Assembly (NCBI GenBank): GCA_973895155.1
Contig: OZ316891.1
Span: 14,725,037-14,789,036 of the forward strand
Direction of reading: 5' to 3'
DNA length: 64,000 nt
From: Marsupella aquatica
Lineage: Eukaryota > Plantae > Marchantiophyta
Position 1 is the first letter of the stretch. Each line of letters starts with the position of its first letter. A model generated the notes under the pieces. That model did not search any database and was not told the origin of the DNA. It saw only the letters and a list, made by a program, of their open reading frames with translations. This document shows, piece by piece, positions 49,701 through 61,709 of this stretch. The translations under genes were made by a program, and so were the position numbers.

Positions 49701-52700
49701 TGGCATTCAATCGCAGGGAACAGCCGGGAGTGACTTTGAGAACTGGACGGATCAACTACTACAGTTTTGATGACCTCTCGACCAGGCAAAGTTTGCGAGC
49801 GCCGGCCATCCTGTTCCGGAGCACAAGGTGGGTGCCTAGCCTGTGCAATGAACTGGCCCCACAATAAGTCCGGGAACAAGACATCAACAACATCTGGTCG
49901 AGAAACGATCGAGAGAGCTGTCAAGCAACAGCTTGCATCCACTGCACAGAGCTACTCAGATGGGTTTTCTCTCGTCGAGTTCATTTGTATTTCGGCTTTG
50001 TTGCAGCAAACTCAAGTGACTAAAAATATGCAATGAACCTACTCAATGGACTCGCTCGGAAGCAATAGCATGTTTGGGCAAATATTTTGCATCACAAAGC
50101 TTCTAGCAACAAACCACCTAGGAAAATGAACTGAAGACATCTCAAGTTACTCCACCACTAACCTGACTCACGACGGATGTCAGGTTACTTGTCCCACTCC
50201 TGTCAAATGCAGTCAATTCAAGAGATGAAGTACACTGCGTCCAAATGATATGCTTTAACGGACTTTTACAACCGTTGCCAGCTATGAGATATTTGGGGGT
50301 TTGGTTCATAACCAAGGAGTCGGGACATTTCAAGTTTTGAAGAGCAGATTATTAACCTTCAGAGTTTCCGTAAACCTTTCCGAGTTTCTTGCGAGCGTTT
50401 TATCAACTACAAGACTCTTTCTTTCTTTCTTTCTTTCTTATATACAGCAGTCCAACAAGACTGAAGTGTTCTGTCCAATATTGTGCTTCAGTTGTTCTTT
50501 CTTTGGAAATTAAATGTCTTTTCATGCCTGGAGGGCTCTGTTATCAAATCCTAAGAAGTCTATTTGTTAGATATGCGGTCCTGGGCAGGAAGGAAAAGAC
50601 AATACTTTTTGTGATTGTAACTTACAAGATTTCACTGAACTAGGCGATAAATTTGAAAGACAACGGAAGGAGATTTGAGCTAGGGAGGAGAGACCGTACC
50701 ATTTCCTGGGAGGTAAAGATTCTTACAAGAAAGATTGTAAAAGGTCTTACTGTCATGAAAGATGGGGATTTGGTCCCACTCACGAAGTCCAGATCTGAGA
50801 CTGCGCAATTCATACAGTATGCCGTTAGGGACCTAGCCCTTAGAACGACCTGAGTTTATATAGTACAATGCAGTGTACTATCCCCAAAATACCAAATTTA
50901 GCTCTCAAGGATTGATTGAAATTACGCCTTCTCTGTCAAGGAGCACTACATGAAAGTTTGATTCATGGTGTAGAGCGAACTAAATAAGTTTCATCTTAAT
51001 AAATGTAAGATGATGATCAATCCAGACTTCTTATAAGGCGGGCTGAGATCAGCCGTTTGTCCCAAGGAACGTCCTCTTGGGCACGAAGCAACAAATAGCT
51101 GCTTCTTCTCCAATGTAATTCTGAACGAACCTTCCACTGGACTGCAAATAATATTACAAGCTGACCGCAATGTTTCCAGAATGTCGTCGTGACAACCATG
51201 ACCCTTCAATAGCAGTGTACGACAGTATATTTGTGATAACAACGACCGTCCATTCAATGGCCAGTATGGAGCAGTAACATAAGAGGCAACCGTTGAAAAC
51301 AATTTGAATGGTAGCTGCCCAAAGAAAGAGAGGACCTCCCACAGGAACAAAAGCCCGAGCTGGGTTAGCCATTGCTTCTCAGTTTTTGCAATCTGAAGGT
51401 CGGGTGTCCCTGCTGGTAATCACACATCAAAATGTGGCTGCATTCATTGATTGAAAGGAAAAAACTAGAATTATCACTGTATGCATGCAGGGGTGTCGTA
51501 CATAGTATATGTCATATTTTCCCTAACTAATATTCTTATTTTCCTGTATTCATGATTGCTGATTACCTACTTAAGTTGACCTCCTGATTACCTCCTACGT
51601 CATTTGACCTACCTAACTCTCTGGTCTCAAATGACCTCCTGATGTCATTTGAGACCACCTAAACTCTGGAAGGATCCTTTATTCAGCTCATGAATTGCAA
51701 CATCAGCTTTTACATTTCCCAGTGTTTTACTAGATGGACGCAAGCCTGTGGAGTCAATTTTTCATTTTCGTTTTGTGTGGTAAAAGTGACGGTGCTGTCA
51801 ATGTCCTGCAATGCTTCCAGTCATGCATGACAACACAATAATATTGTCTAATCAACCTCCTGCAGTGTAGATGATGTCTACACTGTCCAGATCTAGAATT
51901 AAACGTCATTAACTTGTTGATGCAATTTCTTGCTGTGGCCCTATCAGTCACCTACAGTAGTACTTTCAGTTAACGTCTGAGTTAGGCGAAATCTTACACT
52001 GTACTCTGCAACACTATTATTTATTTCTAATGCTCACCTGTGCCATAGATTACACGGTATGGCTAGGTAAGCATCGCGTCTCAGAATACCTTCACATTTT
52101 AATATTGGTACTTGTCAACAGATTATAATAATCATATATCCTTTATATTATGTCAACTAACCGACCGAAGGCTAACCCCATGTTTCTGATGGTTGCTACT
52201 GAACTATATGATCTGTAATTTGCTTGATTGTACACTGAGTGTTAACCTTATTTGCACAATTAAATTCAACCTTTGATTAGAGATACTCTCTCCTTTGTAC
52301 CCGTTAGTCTGTTTACTAGTAGTGTACATAAGAGAGTTTTAAGAAACAGGAAAGAACTTATATCACAATCATAGAACGCACCTAGTAGATTCATATGGGG
52401 GAAACTTAATTTGGAAGAAGAGATGTGGCGCAACTGAAAGCCCTCAGACTATTAACTTGGGAAGAAGAGATGCGGGGCAATTAAATGAAAGTCCTCAGTC
52501 CACTATGTCCAAAGACATCTACCGTACTGAGTCACAGCAGCGAGTCTCCTCCACCGCTTCATTTCTTGAGAACAAATTCCTGAGGGTTCAAATTCTAAAT
52601 TTTGAATTCCAAATTCCTATGATTGTTTGAAAATCATTATGGTTAGTGCTACCATCTTTCTGATGCTCTAATTTCTACACTACTTTTACATAAAGACCGC

Positions 52701-53682
52701 AGACCTACATACACTCTGTTATCCCTGCTTGGATTATTCCTAGTCCTGACCTGCTGAGTTGTAGCTAAGACTAACACTTGCGCTTAAGTTCAATTCGTGG
52801 CTGCTGTTATAACCAACTGATCTGCCCTACTCGGGCCTACACATGGTCCGCTCCAATCTGGCATTCTCCCCTCGTTCTAGGCTGCCCCCCGCCCCCAACC
52901 TCTTAGTCCCTCCCAATAAAATTCGGGCTTAGTCTCTCCTGGGTTTTATTCTCGCAAGAAAATTTCCTGGCAAAAATCTAGTAATAATATATAACGGTGT
53001 GTCTTTTCAGTAGGACTGGGTGTACTTTCGTTCAGTAGATGATAATTTACTGGAGGCAATGCGAGAGCCTAGCCTCTTGGGTGTCGTGATAAACACAGCC
53101 TTTGTCATAATCAAGGCAAAAAGCCTTGATTCAGACTGAAAATCTCGGCATTGATCTAAGACCAGATCAAGAGTTCTTCCCCAGGTCCCACTCGTTATAT
53201 CCTTTGCCAAAACCTTGACAAGTTTCGTCTACATTCTCAGCCGTGCGAATATTTAAACTGATGCATATAAAGCAATGACAAGAAATATAGCTCGGTAGTG
53301 ATCGATTTAGAACACCTCAATGAGCCTAGGTTGCAGGAAACTTTCCTTGCTGCATGGATTTATCTTGATGAATTCGCCACCGTCATGAATCCTAGTGTGC
53401 CACACATACCTTCTTTCGTAGAACCTACAGTAGTCATTCCTCGTGTGTTCACTATACTTGGTACTGTCCAAGAGCCCCACTGTAGCAAGTAAAATCATGG
53501 ACTACGTTCAAGCGGCATTTGGGAACTGAAGAAGGCCGGACAATGACGTCATTGAACTTGCACGACGAAGGTCTATCTTCTATCAGTAAGTTTACTGTTA
53601 CTTACAACTGGTTCGATCTGTTCCCAAGATCTCCAGTTGGGCGTTTCTGTACTAAGTGTTACATTCTTAGCTCTTGTCCACA

Positions 53683-55242
53683 TTACGGCGACTTGGGAGA
53701 CATTCGGGCTACAGCTCTACTCAAAGTATCCCTTAGTGTATTGACGAGAGGAGGTGGTGCATTCGGATCATAATCTGGGTCTAGTATCCACTTTTGATAC
53801 TCCGGTGGTAAAGGGATGTCAAACTCGCTGCATATCTTCACAACTAATGGGGACTTATCTTCGTCAGTGTCATCTGCAGTCAGCCGGGCAACGGCACTAG
53901 GAAACTCCACTTTGTACCCGCGATAGACCGTAGATTCGACCACAGATTTCTTATTTTGCATTTCTTCTAGTACTACTCGAGGCGCTAGGCTAAGCCTTTT
54001 GATCGCCTCTTGAGCAGCACGGCTTAATCCACCGTTGGCTTGGGCTTCCTTTCGGCGCGATGACGGTGAGTTTAGCTTAAAGGGCGGGACTTTATGAGTA
54101 TCCGACCGGCGATCACTGGCAAGAGTTGACGAGGCCGGGGAGGAAGGTAACCATGGTGGCGGGCCGGGAAGAAGTACCTCGGACTCGTCAACTGTACTCA
54201 CGCAACCAAGGTTCAGCTTTCTCCTCTTCATCAACACGACAGGAATGGGAGAGAAGGGTGCCGATGGGAGGCTATCGAGATCGAGATCGTTTGGAGGGAC
54301 GATGATTCCCTTATGATCTCCTGGTACGACGGGAGGCGGAAAATCGTATGGCTTCCATCTGGGAGACGAGGGTTCTGTTATGAAAGGATGTTTTAACAGA
54401 TCCGACGCAGTCCACCGGGCTCGAGGGTCAGGAGCAAGGCACTTGGAGACAAAGTCGACCAAGTTATGTGACAAATTTTTTATTGGATCAATGCTGGGTG
54501 TGGATCCTGCAGCAGCTCCTGCCGCTGGCCAGTTGATTGGTTGGGGTTCTGAAGCTGTGGTAGCCATTTCCTGCACGGTGCAACCCAAAGAGAATATGTC
54601 GGACGCGTAAGTCTGTTCACGGTAAATTTCCACTTCAGGAGCTTTGAAGCCCCTTGTTCCAAAGAGGATTTTGCTGAAGAAGCTAGTCCGGACGTCTTTC
54701 ACGGATCCAAAGTCAGCCAGTCTGCAATGAGTGGAGCCTGTAAGCACATTCGAGCACTTCAGATCACCATGGACGAGTTTGTTGAAATGCAAGTACAGCA
54801 GAGCACGCAAAATGTCCTTTGTGTATGCTTGGATGAAAGGCTCCGCGAGAGGGGTCATCAAGTCATCAAGGCTTCCCCATGGAAGGTACTCCATGTAGCA
54901 ATCCAGCAACAATCGGCCGCCCATTTCTGAGGGGCCGGTAGAGGTCCCACACCCAAGGTATCGAACTATGTAAGGCGACTTCAGCTTTCTCAATGTCCTA
55001 ATTTCGTTTATCAGGCTAGAGAGGGCATTCTCTTCGATTAGTTTCTGTCGTGCACTTACAATTACGTCTTTCGGGTCACTCCCATGAGGCACGAAATAAG
55101 TCGACTTGACGGCAAAAACCTTTTCATCAGAGGTTCGCTTACCAAGGTAAATTGTCCCAAACCCTCCACTACCCAATTGATGCATCCTTGTCCATGCACC
55201 TATCTTGCCCCACCCATCCGAGCCCCTCTTTGAGGACGCCAT
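53683..55242 (-). CDS. Intronless Ser/Thr protein kinase, MAPKKK/STE-like (resembles plant NPK1-related or MAPKKK15-21-type kinases), 519 aa
   Basis: GSGGFG, FAVK, NEI..L..LKSPYIVRYLG, YMEY, HGDLKCSN, LADFGS, GT...APE, SDIFSLGCTV.EMAT and R.TA..LL.HPF, followed by a Pro/Ser-rich C-terminal tail. Confidence 0.9.
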   Translation of the reverse strand: MASSKRGSDGWGKIGAWTRMHQLGSGGFGTIYLGKRTSDEKVFAVKSTYFVPHGSDPKDVIVSARQKLIEENALSSLINEIRTLRKLKSPYIVRYLGCGTSTGPSEMGGRLLLDCYMEYLPWGSLDDLMTPLAEPFIQAYTKDILRALLYLHFNKLVHGDLKCSNVLTGSTHCRLADFGSVKDVRTSFFSKILFGTRGFKAPEVEIYREQTYASDIFSLGCTVQEMATTASEPQPINWPAAGAAAGSTPSIDPIKNLSHNLVDFVSKCLAPDPRARWTASDLLKHPFITEPSSPRWKPYDFPPPVVPGDHKGIIVPPNDLDLDSLPSAPFSPIPVVLMKRRKLNLGCVSTVDESEVLLPGPPPWLPSSPASSTLASDRRSDTHKVPPFKLNSPSSRRKEAQANGGLSRAAQEAIKRLSLAPRVVLEEMQNKKSVVESTVYRGYKVEFPSAVARLTADDTDEDKSPLVVKICSEFDIPLPPEYQKWILDPDYDPNAPPPLVNTLRDTLSRAVARMSPKSP

Positions 55243-58200
55243 TGGGGCGTCTCAAACCTGAAGGGCCGCAAAAAAAATCCCTAGCCCAAAAGTATGTATG
55301 AGTTTCGGACTTTGGTCACAAATGGTAAACCATGTCTTCACGAGATTCCCACTTCTAGTTTCAGTAAAAACCTGTGTGACCGTGACCGGAGCCAACACAG
55401 CGCGAGAGGTTTGAGACACCCCAATTAATGAATGACAACCAGGTGATATATGGGCCTAAAAACTGTACTTGTCAAATGCTCATATATCCATATGAAGCCC
55501 CTGAAGGAGCATAATTATGATCTTGAATATCCCCCAAAGACAGATGCACAAATGGTTGAGGTGACACTATATTATCAGTAGAAGCGGGAGTAGAAGGCCT
55601 CTAATCAGAAGTAGATTTTTTACCTACATTGAATTCATTTGTTGACTAGGATCTAGTTTGAAACTCATCAGCTTCAGCACCACAAGTAAATATGATCAAA
55701 CTATTCATGCACGGTCTAGCAGGCATGAATGGAGAGCAACTCAACTCTGTCAATGGAGATCAAGTGGTCCTCTAGTTCGCCTCACCAAAGAGTACTAATC
55801 TAACTATATAATTGCATTTGAAAGCTAGGCTCTGGGCCTGTGGTCTAGAGTGATTGAACCCTCTTAACCGTGACTCTGGGGGCATAACTCAAGGTGGGGA
55901 TGCATCATGAAGGTCGGGGTGCAAGTGAAAAATGGGGATTGGGAGCAAGTCATTGGGGAAAAATATTTCAACAAGGATGGTTGACAGCAGGAAGTTACTT
56001 TTATTTTGCAAGGCCTCTTTTGTCCTCATCTATTTATGTTCACAGAACAGGCAGCTGCCGGGCCACTATTTTTTACTCGTACAGAGATGGACTATCGAGA
56101 AGGGCACAAGGATATCTGAAAGATCCACCTGTTGTCTTGTTTGCTATAATTCTAATCAAAGTATAAATATCCTGTTGAGGACACATTGTAATAAATAATA
56201 ATAAAACACTGATTTACTTGAAAAGGTGATGTAGGTGACTAGATACTATTGGTTAAATTCTTGTTATCAAGATTTTCAGATGTACACCTAAGTAGTTTCT
56301 TTCTTCAATTGTCAAAATATATTTAATCCAATTCTTAATATTCAGGCTTTGTTTTCTCTAGTTCTAGTCCTTAGTATGTTTCACTTACCTAATCAGAATG
56401 AAATCATGAACCCGCCTATGTTGGTGGTCTTTCTGTCCTTTGACCTTGCACTTGCTGTAAGTGCAGTTAGCCTCCTCTTCAACTGCGGTGAAGGGGCCCC
56501 TGGTTGCAGGTTTGTTAACTATTGCTGGAACTTGTGCATCTCTTCAGATCTTGTTGGTCTATTTCAGTAATGATATCAAACACGCCTAGGGAGCCACTTA
56601 CTAATTTGGTACATATTATTTGCTCATATTTATAGACCAATGGCAGGCTAGGTAGCAAGGATGGTACAAAGAGGATGAGCCAGTTGAATGCAGCAAGCTT
56701 TTAGAAGATCTTCACAAGCAGAATTAGAGAAAGAGGAGGCAGTATATATGTAACAAGCAGAAAGTAAGTTAGGATCATAAGTACATTGGCGTGTAGTAAT
56801 TTAGAAAATTTCCACTACCTGGTAACCTTGGTTAAATTAATAAAACCTCCTCCAAATCCTTGTACCTGGCTAGTTAATAAAGTTCTAATCGTGATGAACT
56901 TTATACCATCAATCTATATAATCAATCAGGGTCTTAAGATTCCAGATCGACTTCCCTTCCCTCCAAGCCGTGTAATGCAGAAAAACAGAGGCCTAGTGTT
57001 GTATTCAATTAGTAGGCCTGGATACAACTCCCTTGGCCTTGTATTTGAGTTTTAAATAGTGAGTTTGGGCAGGGAACTTAATAGGGCTTTGTGTCTGAGA
57101 AAAGGTCTTTTAATAAATTGAGTCAAGGCATGACTTGTCTTCTGTAGATTGAAGAGAAATATTGTATGTTCAAACACAATTTATGACAAATTGCTGTCAA
57201 ACACAAGGCCCTTTATTTCGACGCAGAGTCCGGTTCTCAAACACAAGGCACTAGCCTCAAACATGAGGCCCAAACTTTCTACTATATAAGGCTATCTATT
57301 CGAGGAAAACTACATTCAAGACAGTTACCCTGTTTCGTGATTTTCTAATAGCAGGCCTGGGCCTTGCATTTCGGGAGAAGACAGAATTGATGATCATAAG
57401 TAAGGTATCCATAGCAAGCCTTGGGCATATCAGCTAAGGAATAAAGTTGGCTTTTAAAACACCCAGTTAAAAGCATAAAAGTGGGCAGGAGCCGACTCAC
57501 ATAAATATTTAGTGAGATACGGGCAACACTCGCTGAAAGATTATATTGTCCCTGTTCAGTGAAGCCATCAACCAAGGTATTTTGCCTAGAAAGATTTCGA
57601 TTTAAAACTTTAGAGAAACACCGTGTAATCATGAGGGATCATGAAGGGGCAGACCCAGAGAGAGGGCAGCAAGGCCAGCAAGCGGAAGCCCAGCCAACCA
57701 ATTATTGCAACAGCATCAACCAAGGTATTGGGTGAAATAAACCCGGGGGAATAAATAACGACAGGGATTACAAGTTACCAATACTCTTTACAGCGAACCA
57801 GCCCTACATTCAATGTACATATTGCCTGCATGTCTGGGATTGCAAGTGCTTTTCGATACTTTATCACCTTGACAAGGTACCAACTTGCTAGAATCATTTC
57901 AGTCATTTGAGTTTGTTGTGCACATCAAACAAACGAGTTAGATCAGAATGCCATTATTAGTGAGGAACTTATGATCCACCCAGGCTACAAGAGTACAAGT
58001 GGCTAGTTTTCATGGATTGTGCCTTACCTTGTGGGAGCTTCACTCACATCGCTGTCCACTAGCTCATCATTTTAGTCATTGGAATTATTAGTGGGCGGTT
58101 CTCAGAGAGCCCACCCTAATTCACCCTACGGTACATGCTGACAAACTTTATAAGTATGCCATTAAATTTCCTAAGCTAACAATGGGATCCACAATTTTGA

Positions 58201-60056
58201 GGGTACAATTAGCTCACATTTTGTTGAACTCTGAGGTGACATGTAGAAATTAATACCACGTTCTCAATTTGGAGTATGAAGGGTCACAACACGGAAGAGA
58301 CACCAAAAGCAAGGAAGAGGCACCACCAGGTCACCACGTCCTCAATAAGCAAAGGAAGAGTCATTGACAAGGCATATGAATAGACCAGCAGTTACCATAG
58401 ATGAATCTGGAATATAAAGGGCCAACGTGTATCGTCCCACCAAGAGGCATATAATAACAACTTTTGGTATAAATAGTCTAGCTAGTGCATAGTTGACTGC
58501 TACATGCAGATACGTAATTACTTTTCAGTCTATGTAATCAAATAATCTTTATATTTGACCTTGCCATTGTTTCAAATCAATTGCTAACGAATGGCCAGGA
58601 TTGCCTCCCTGCATCCCTTATAGATGGCCCAGATTCCCTTCTTTAAGCAGGTCCTCCCTCCCTATAACTACATACTCATATCCTCATACACCCATTTCCT
58701 TATGATTATACTTACTCTATGGTCCCTACCGGCACTCACACATCAAAAGGTGCTAATATATAATGTGCACTCATTAATTTCAAGAAAATCATTACAGTAG
58801 ATGTAATGTATCATGGTACGGCGGGATGTCATATTTAGATGTGCAGTTCTCATGCTCATCAACTTTCTACATATGTCGCGAGGTAGAAAGTTGATGGCGA
58901 TCTCATGGATCAGTGGCTAGCCAAGGAGGGGTGGCAATCTCTTGCTCACCCAAGGTATTTTCTTGGCCTCGTTCTTGGCGAGCAGGCAGATTCATCTATA
59001 TGGATGAAGTGGCGACATGTTTGGGGTGTCTACAAGCAGATTTGGTGAGTTCAACCGGCAGCATGTAAGAATCTGAAGTGAGGAGAAATTGGGCCATGTA
59101 ACTGGTGTTCAAAAATTCTTTGGAGAGGAATTGAACACTCCATGCTTCCAAAGACACATGCTGCCAAGCACAGTCCCCCACCCCCTCCAACCTCCCAAAC
59201 TCCATGGCACCCCTTCCAAAGTGCTCAAACACCGAAAAGGATCTCAAGGAATACAAGTACTGATCCCAATCAGCAGGTGCAGAATACAAAGGTACATGAG
59301 GAGGAGGTGGCGAGGAGGAACAGAGCATTGGAAGGACACTGGCCATTCAGGCACCAAGTGTCTTGGGACGGTTTGGCTAGCTATTAGTGTCAATTGTCAC
59401 GAGTTGTCCTTACCACAAATATTGTCTCCTAAGAATCTGGCAAATATTTTGAATTTTTATTAATTAACTCTCTGCGTTGAAGTCGCACACTTCAATCGTG
59501 AGGCAGGATTTGGCAATGTTTTGCCAATAAAAAAAACACTGAAGTACATGCACTGAAGGGGGCATCAGAAACTATAATACAAAGTTGCGCCCTTTTTTCC
59601 CGTGGTCGTCATTTGAATTTGGCGGGTGAAAAAATTGGAAACGGTAAAAGATGAAAGCAATAAAGGGAAAAAAGACGACGACCCACTACTCCTCGCCGCT
59701 ATGTTCCCGTCTTGCCGTGGCACCCTTCTGTCGCTGCGACGCCGTGCCACCCTTCTGTCACCGCGACGCTCTGACTACCGCCTTGCTGGCCTGCCTCACT
59801 CCGACTCTCCTTGGCAACTGTGCCGCGACGAAGTCCCGGGCTCTCCCCCACGATTCCCTCCTCGCCCTCCCTTCCTTTCTCGCTCTCCCTCGCAACCCGC
59901 ACCACCCCTTGCACCTCTGGCCCTCCCACTGCCGCGCCTCCCACCGCCTCGCGACCCCCGCCTTGCTTTGCCTCGGGTCTCCTACGCCTTCGGACCCCCA
60001 CCTCGGGTCTCCCTGCCTCACCATGGTCACCCCCTCTCGCCTTGCCATCGCGATGT

Positions 60057-60373
60057 GCCTCCCTCCCAACTCGCCTCCCTCCTCTTGCTCGCGACTCCCT
60101 CCTCTTGCAACCCCCTCCTGCTCACGACTACCCTCCACCTCTGCGACTCCCCTCCGTGGAGTGACAGCTGACGCGCGCGCGGCCGCACCTCAGTTTTCCC
60201 CCGTGCCTGGACTGACTCGCACCTCGCCTCCCTCCCAACTCGCCTCCCTCCTCTTGCAACCCCCTCCTGCTTACAACTACCCTCCACCTCTGCGACTCCC
60301 CTCTGTAGACTGACGGCTGATGCGCGTGCGGCCGCAACTCAGTTTTCCCCCGCGCCTGGACTGACTCGCACCT
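60057..60373. repeat. ~150-170-bp GC-rich direct duplication in the Helitron 5' region
   Basis: cctcccaactcgcctccctcctcttgc...ggactgactcgcacct occurs twice. Confidence 0.85.
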
Positions 60374-61064
60374 GTGACAGGGTGATTCCTTGCCTTCGTC
60401 GGCTGACCACTCGCCTTGCGAGTCGCCGTCTCTCCCTTCCTCCCTCCGTGCCCCGACTTGCCCCTCAACTCTGCCATTTTTTTACTCGGGCCCTTCGCTC
60501 CTCCTGGGCTTGCCGCTCCGCGCCTGGGCCCAAATTAGTCACAGTCATTGAGTTGCGGCCTTTGACTCGCCCTCGCAAGCAGAGCCACACGGACCCGACT
60601 TGCCTGGACCATGGACTGATGAGCGCCGCTGCCATTCCTCCCCGCCAAACCGCCCTCCGCGACTCCTGGCATGCTTGCTCGAAACCAGTTGGGTCCAGGC
60701 GCATGAAGTGCCACCGGCCGGGCCACTCTGGGGTGTTTGGTCCAGGCGCACTGAACAACAACCAGTTTCAGGCCAGGTGTACTCGGCCCTAAGTGAACTC
60801 CTGTCCTTGCTTCCAATGGTTCAAACTCCCCGCCGAGCCCGCGGCCCTGCCGTGATCACTTGCCACCCATTTTAAACCTCAAAAACGCATGGGTTGGGGG
60901 CCAAAATATTAGGAGTAATTGTGGTCCACAGTGAAAAATCCCCAGAAGCATATATGAGGGGACCACCTCCTCTCAAGCATCCAAGTTGGAAAGTGTTGCA
61001 AACCACACCACCACCCCAAGGGAGTGTGGCGTTGGCGAGTAAGGAGCCGAGTAAGCTTGGACGA

Positions 61065-61465
61065 GGTACCAATGGGGTTGGGGGATGCAAGGGGTAGGAA
61101 AAAGGCATGTTGAAAAACCGGCCAAGCCGTGCCGTTGCCCCAAGGGGTCTCGGCATTGGGGCGGCCAAAGCCAAGTAAGCGGCCACGACGACTTTAAGTT
61201 AAACGCTTAAAGTAGCAAAAACTTTGAGGTTACCAATGGGGTTTGGGGATGCAAGGGGTAGGAAAAAAGGCCCGTTTAAAAGTCGGCCAAGCCGTGTCGT
61301 TTCCCCAAGGGGTCTCGGCATTGGGGCGGCCAAAGCCAAGTAAGCGGCCACGTCGACTTTAAGTTAAATGCTTAAAGTAACCAAAAATCTGGGGTTACCA
61401 ATGGGGTTTGGGGATGCAAGGGGTAGGAAAAAAGGCCCGTTGAAAAGTCGGCCTAGCCGTGTCGT
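61065..61465. repeat. ~165-bp tandem repeat, about 2.4 copies, upstream of RepHel
   Basis: taccaatgggg..ggggatgcaaggggtaggaaaaa at ~61067, ~61231 and ~61396. Confidence 0.9.
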
Positions 61466-61709
61466 TATAGGATGTATCCTTGACGGATATTGGGCTCCTT
61501 CTAATATCCCATGTCTCTTGCGATGGTGTCCTCCAACCGGCGTTCAACTTACTTAGGGTTTGTCAAGCTTGGAATGGGGCATGTAAATTTGAATGACTCA
61601 TTTAAATTAGAATGACTAACAAAATATGTGCGTTGGATGCAGACAACGGACTATGGGCGTGAGCATGGAGTAATTAGGGCTTTCTTATGCTGAGGGTACC
61701 ATTGCCAAC

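Noticed and set aside
59626-60875. Many overlapping 100-220 aa ORFs
   Set aside because: GC-rich, low-complexity duplicated DNA open in several frames, with no recognisable domains.
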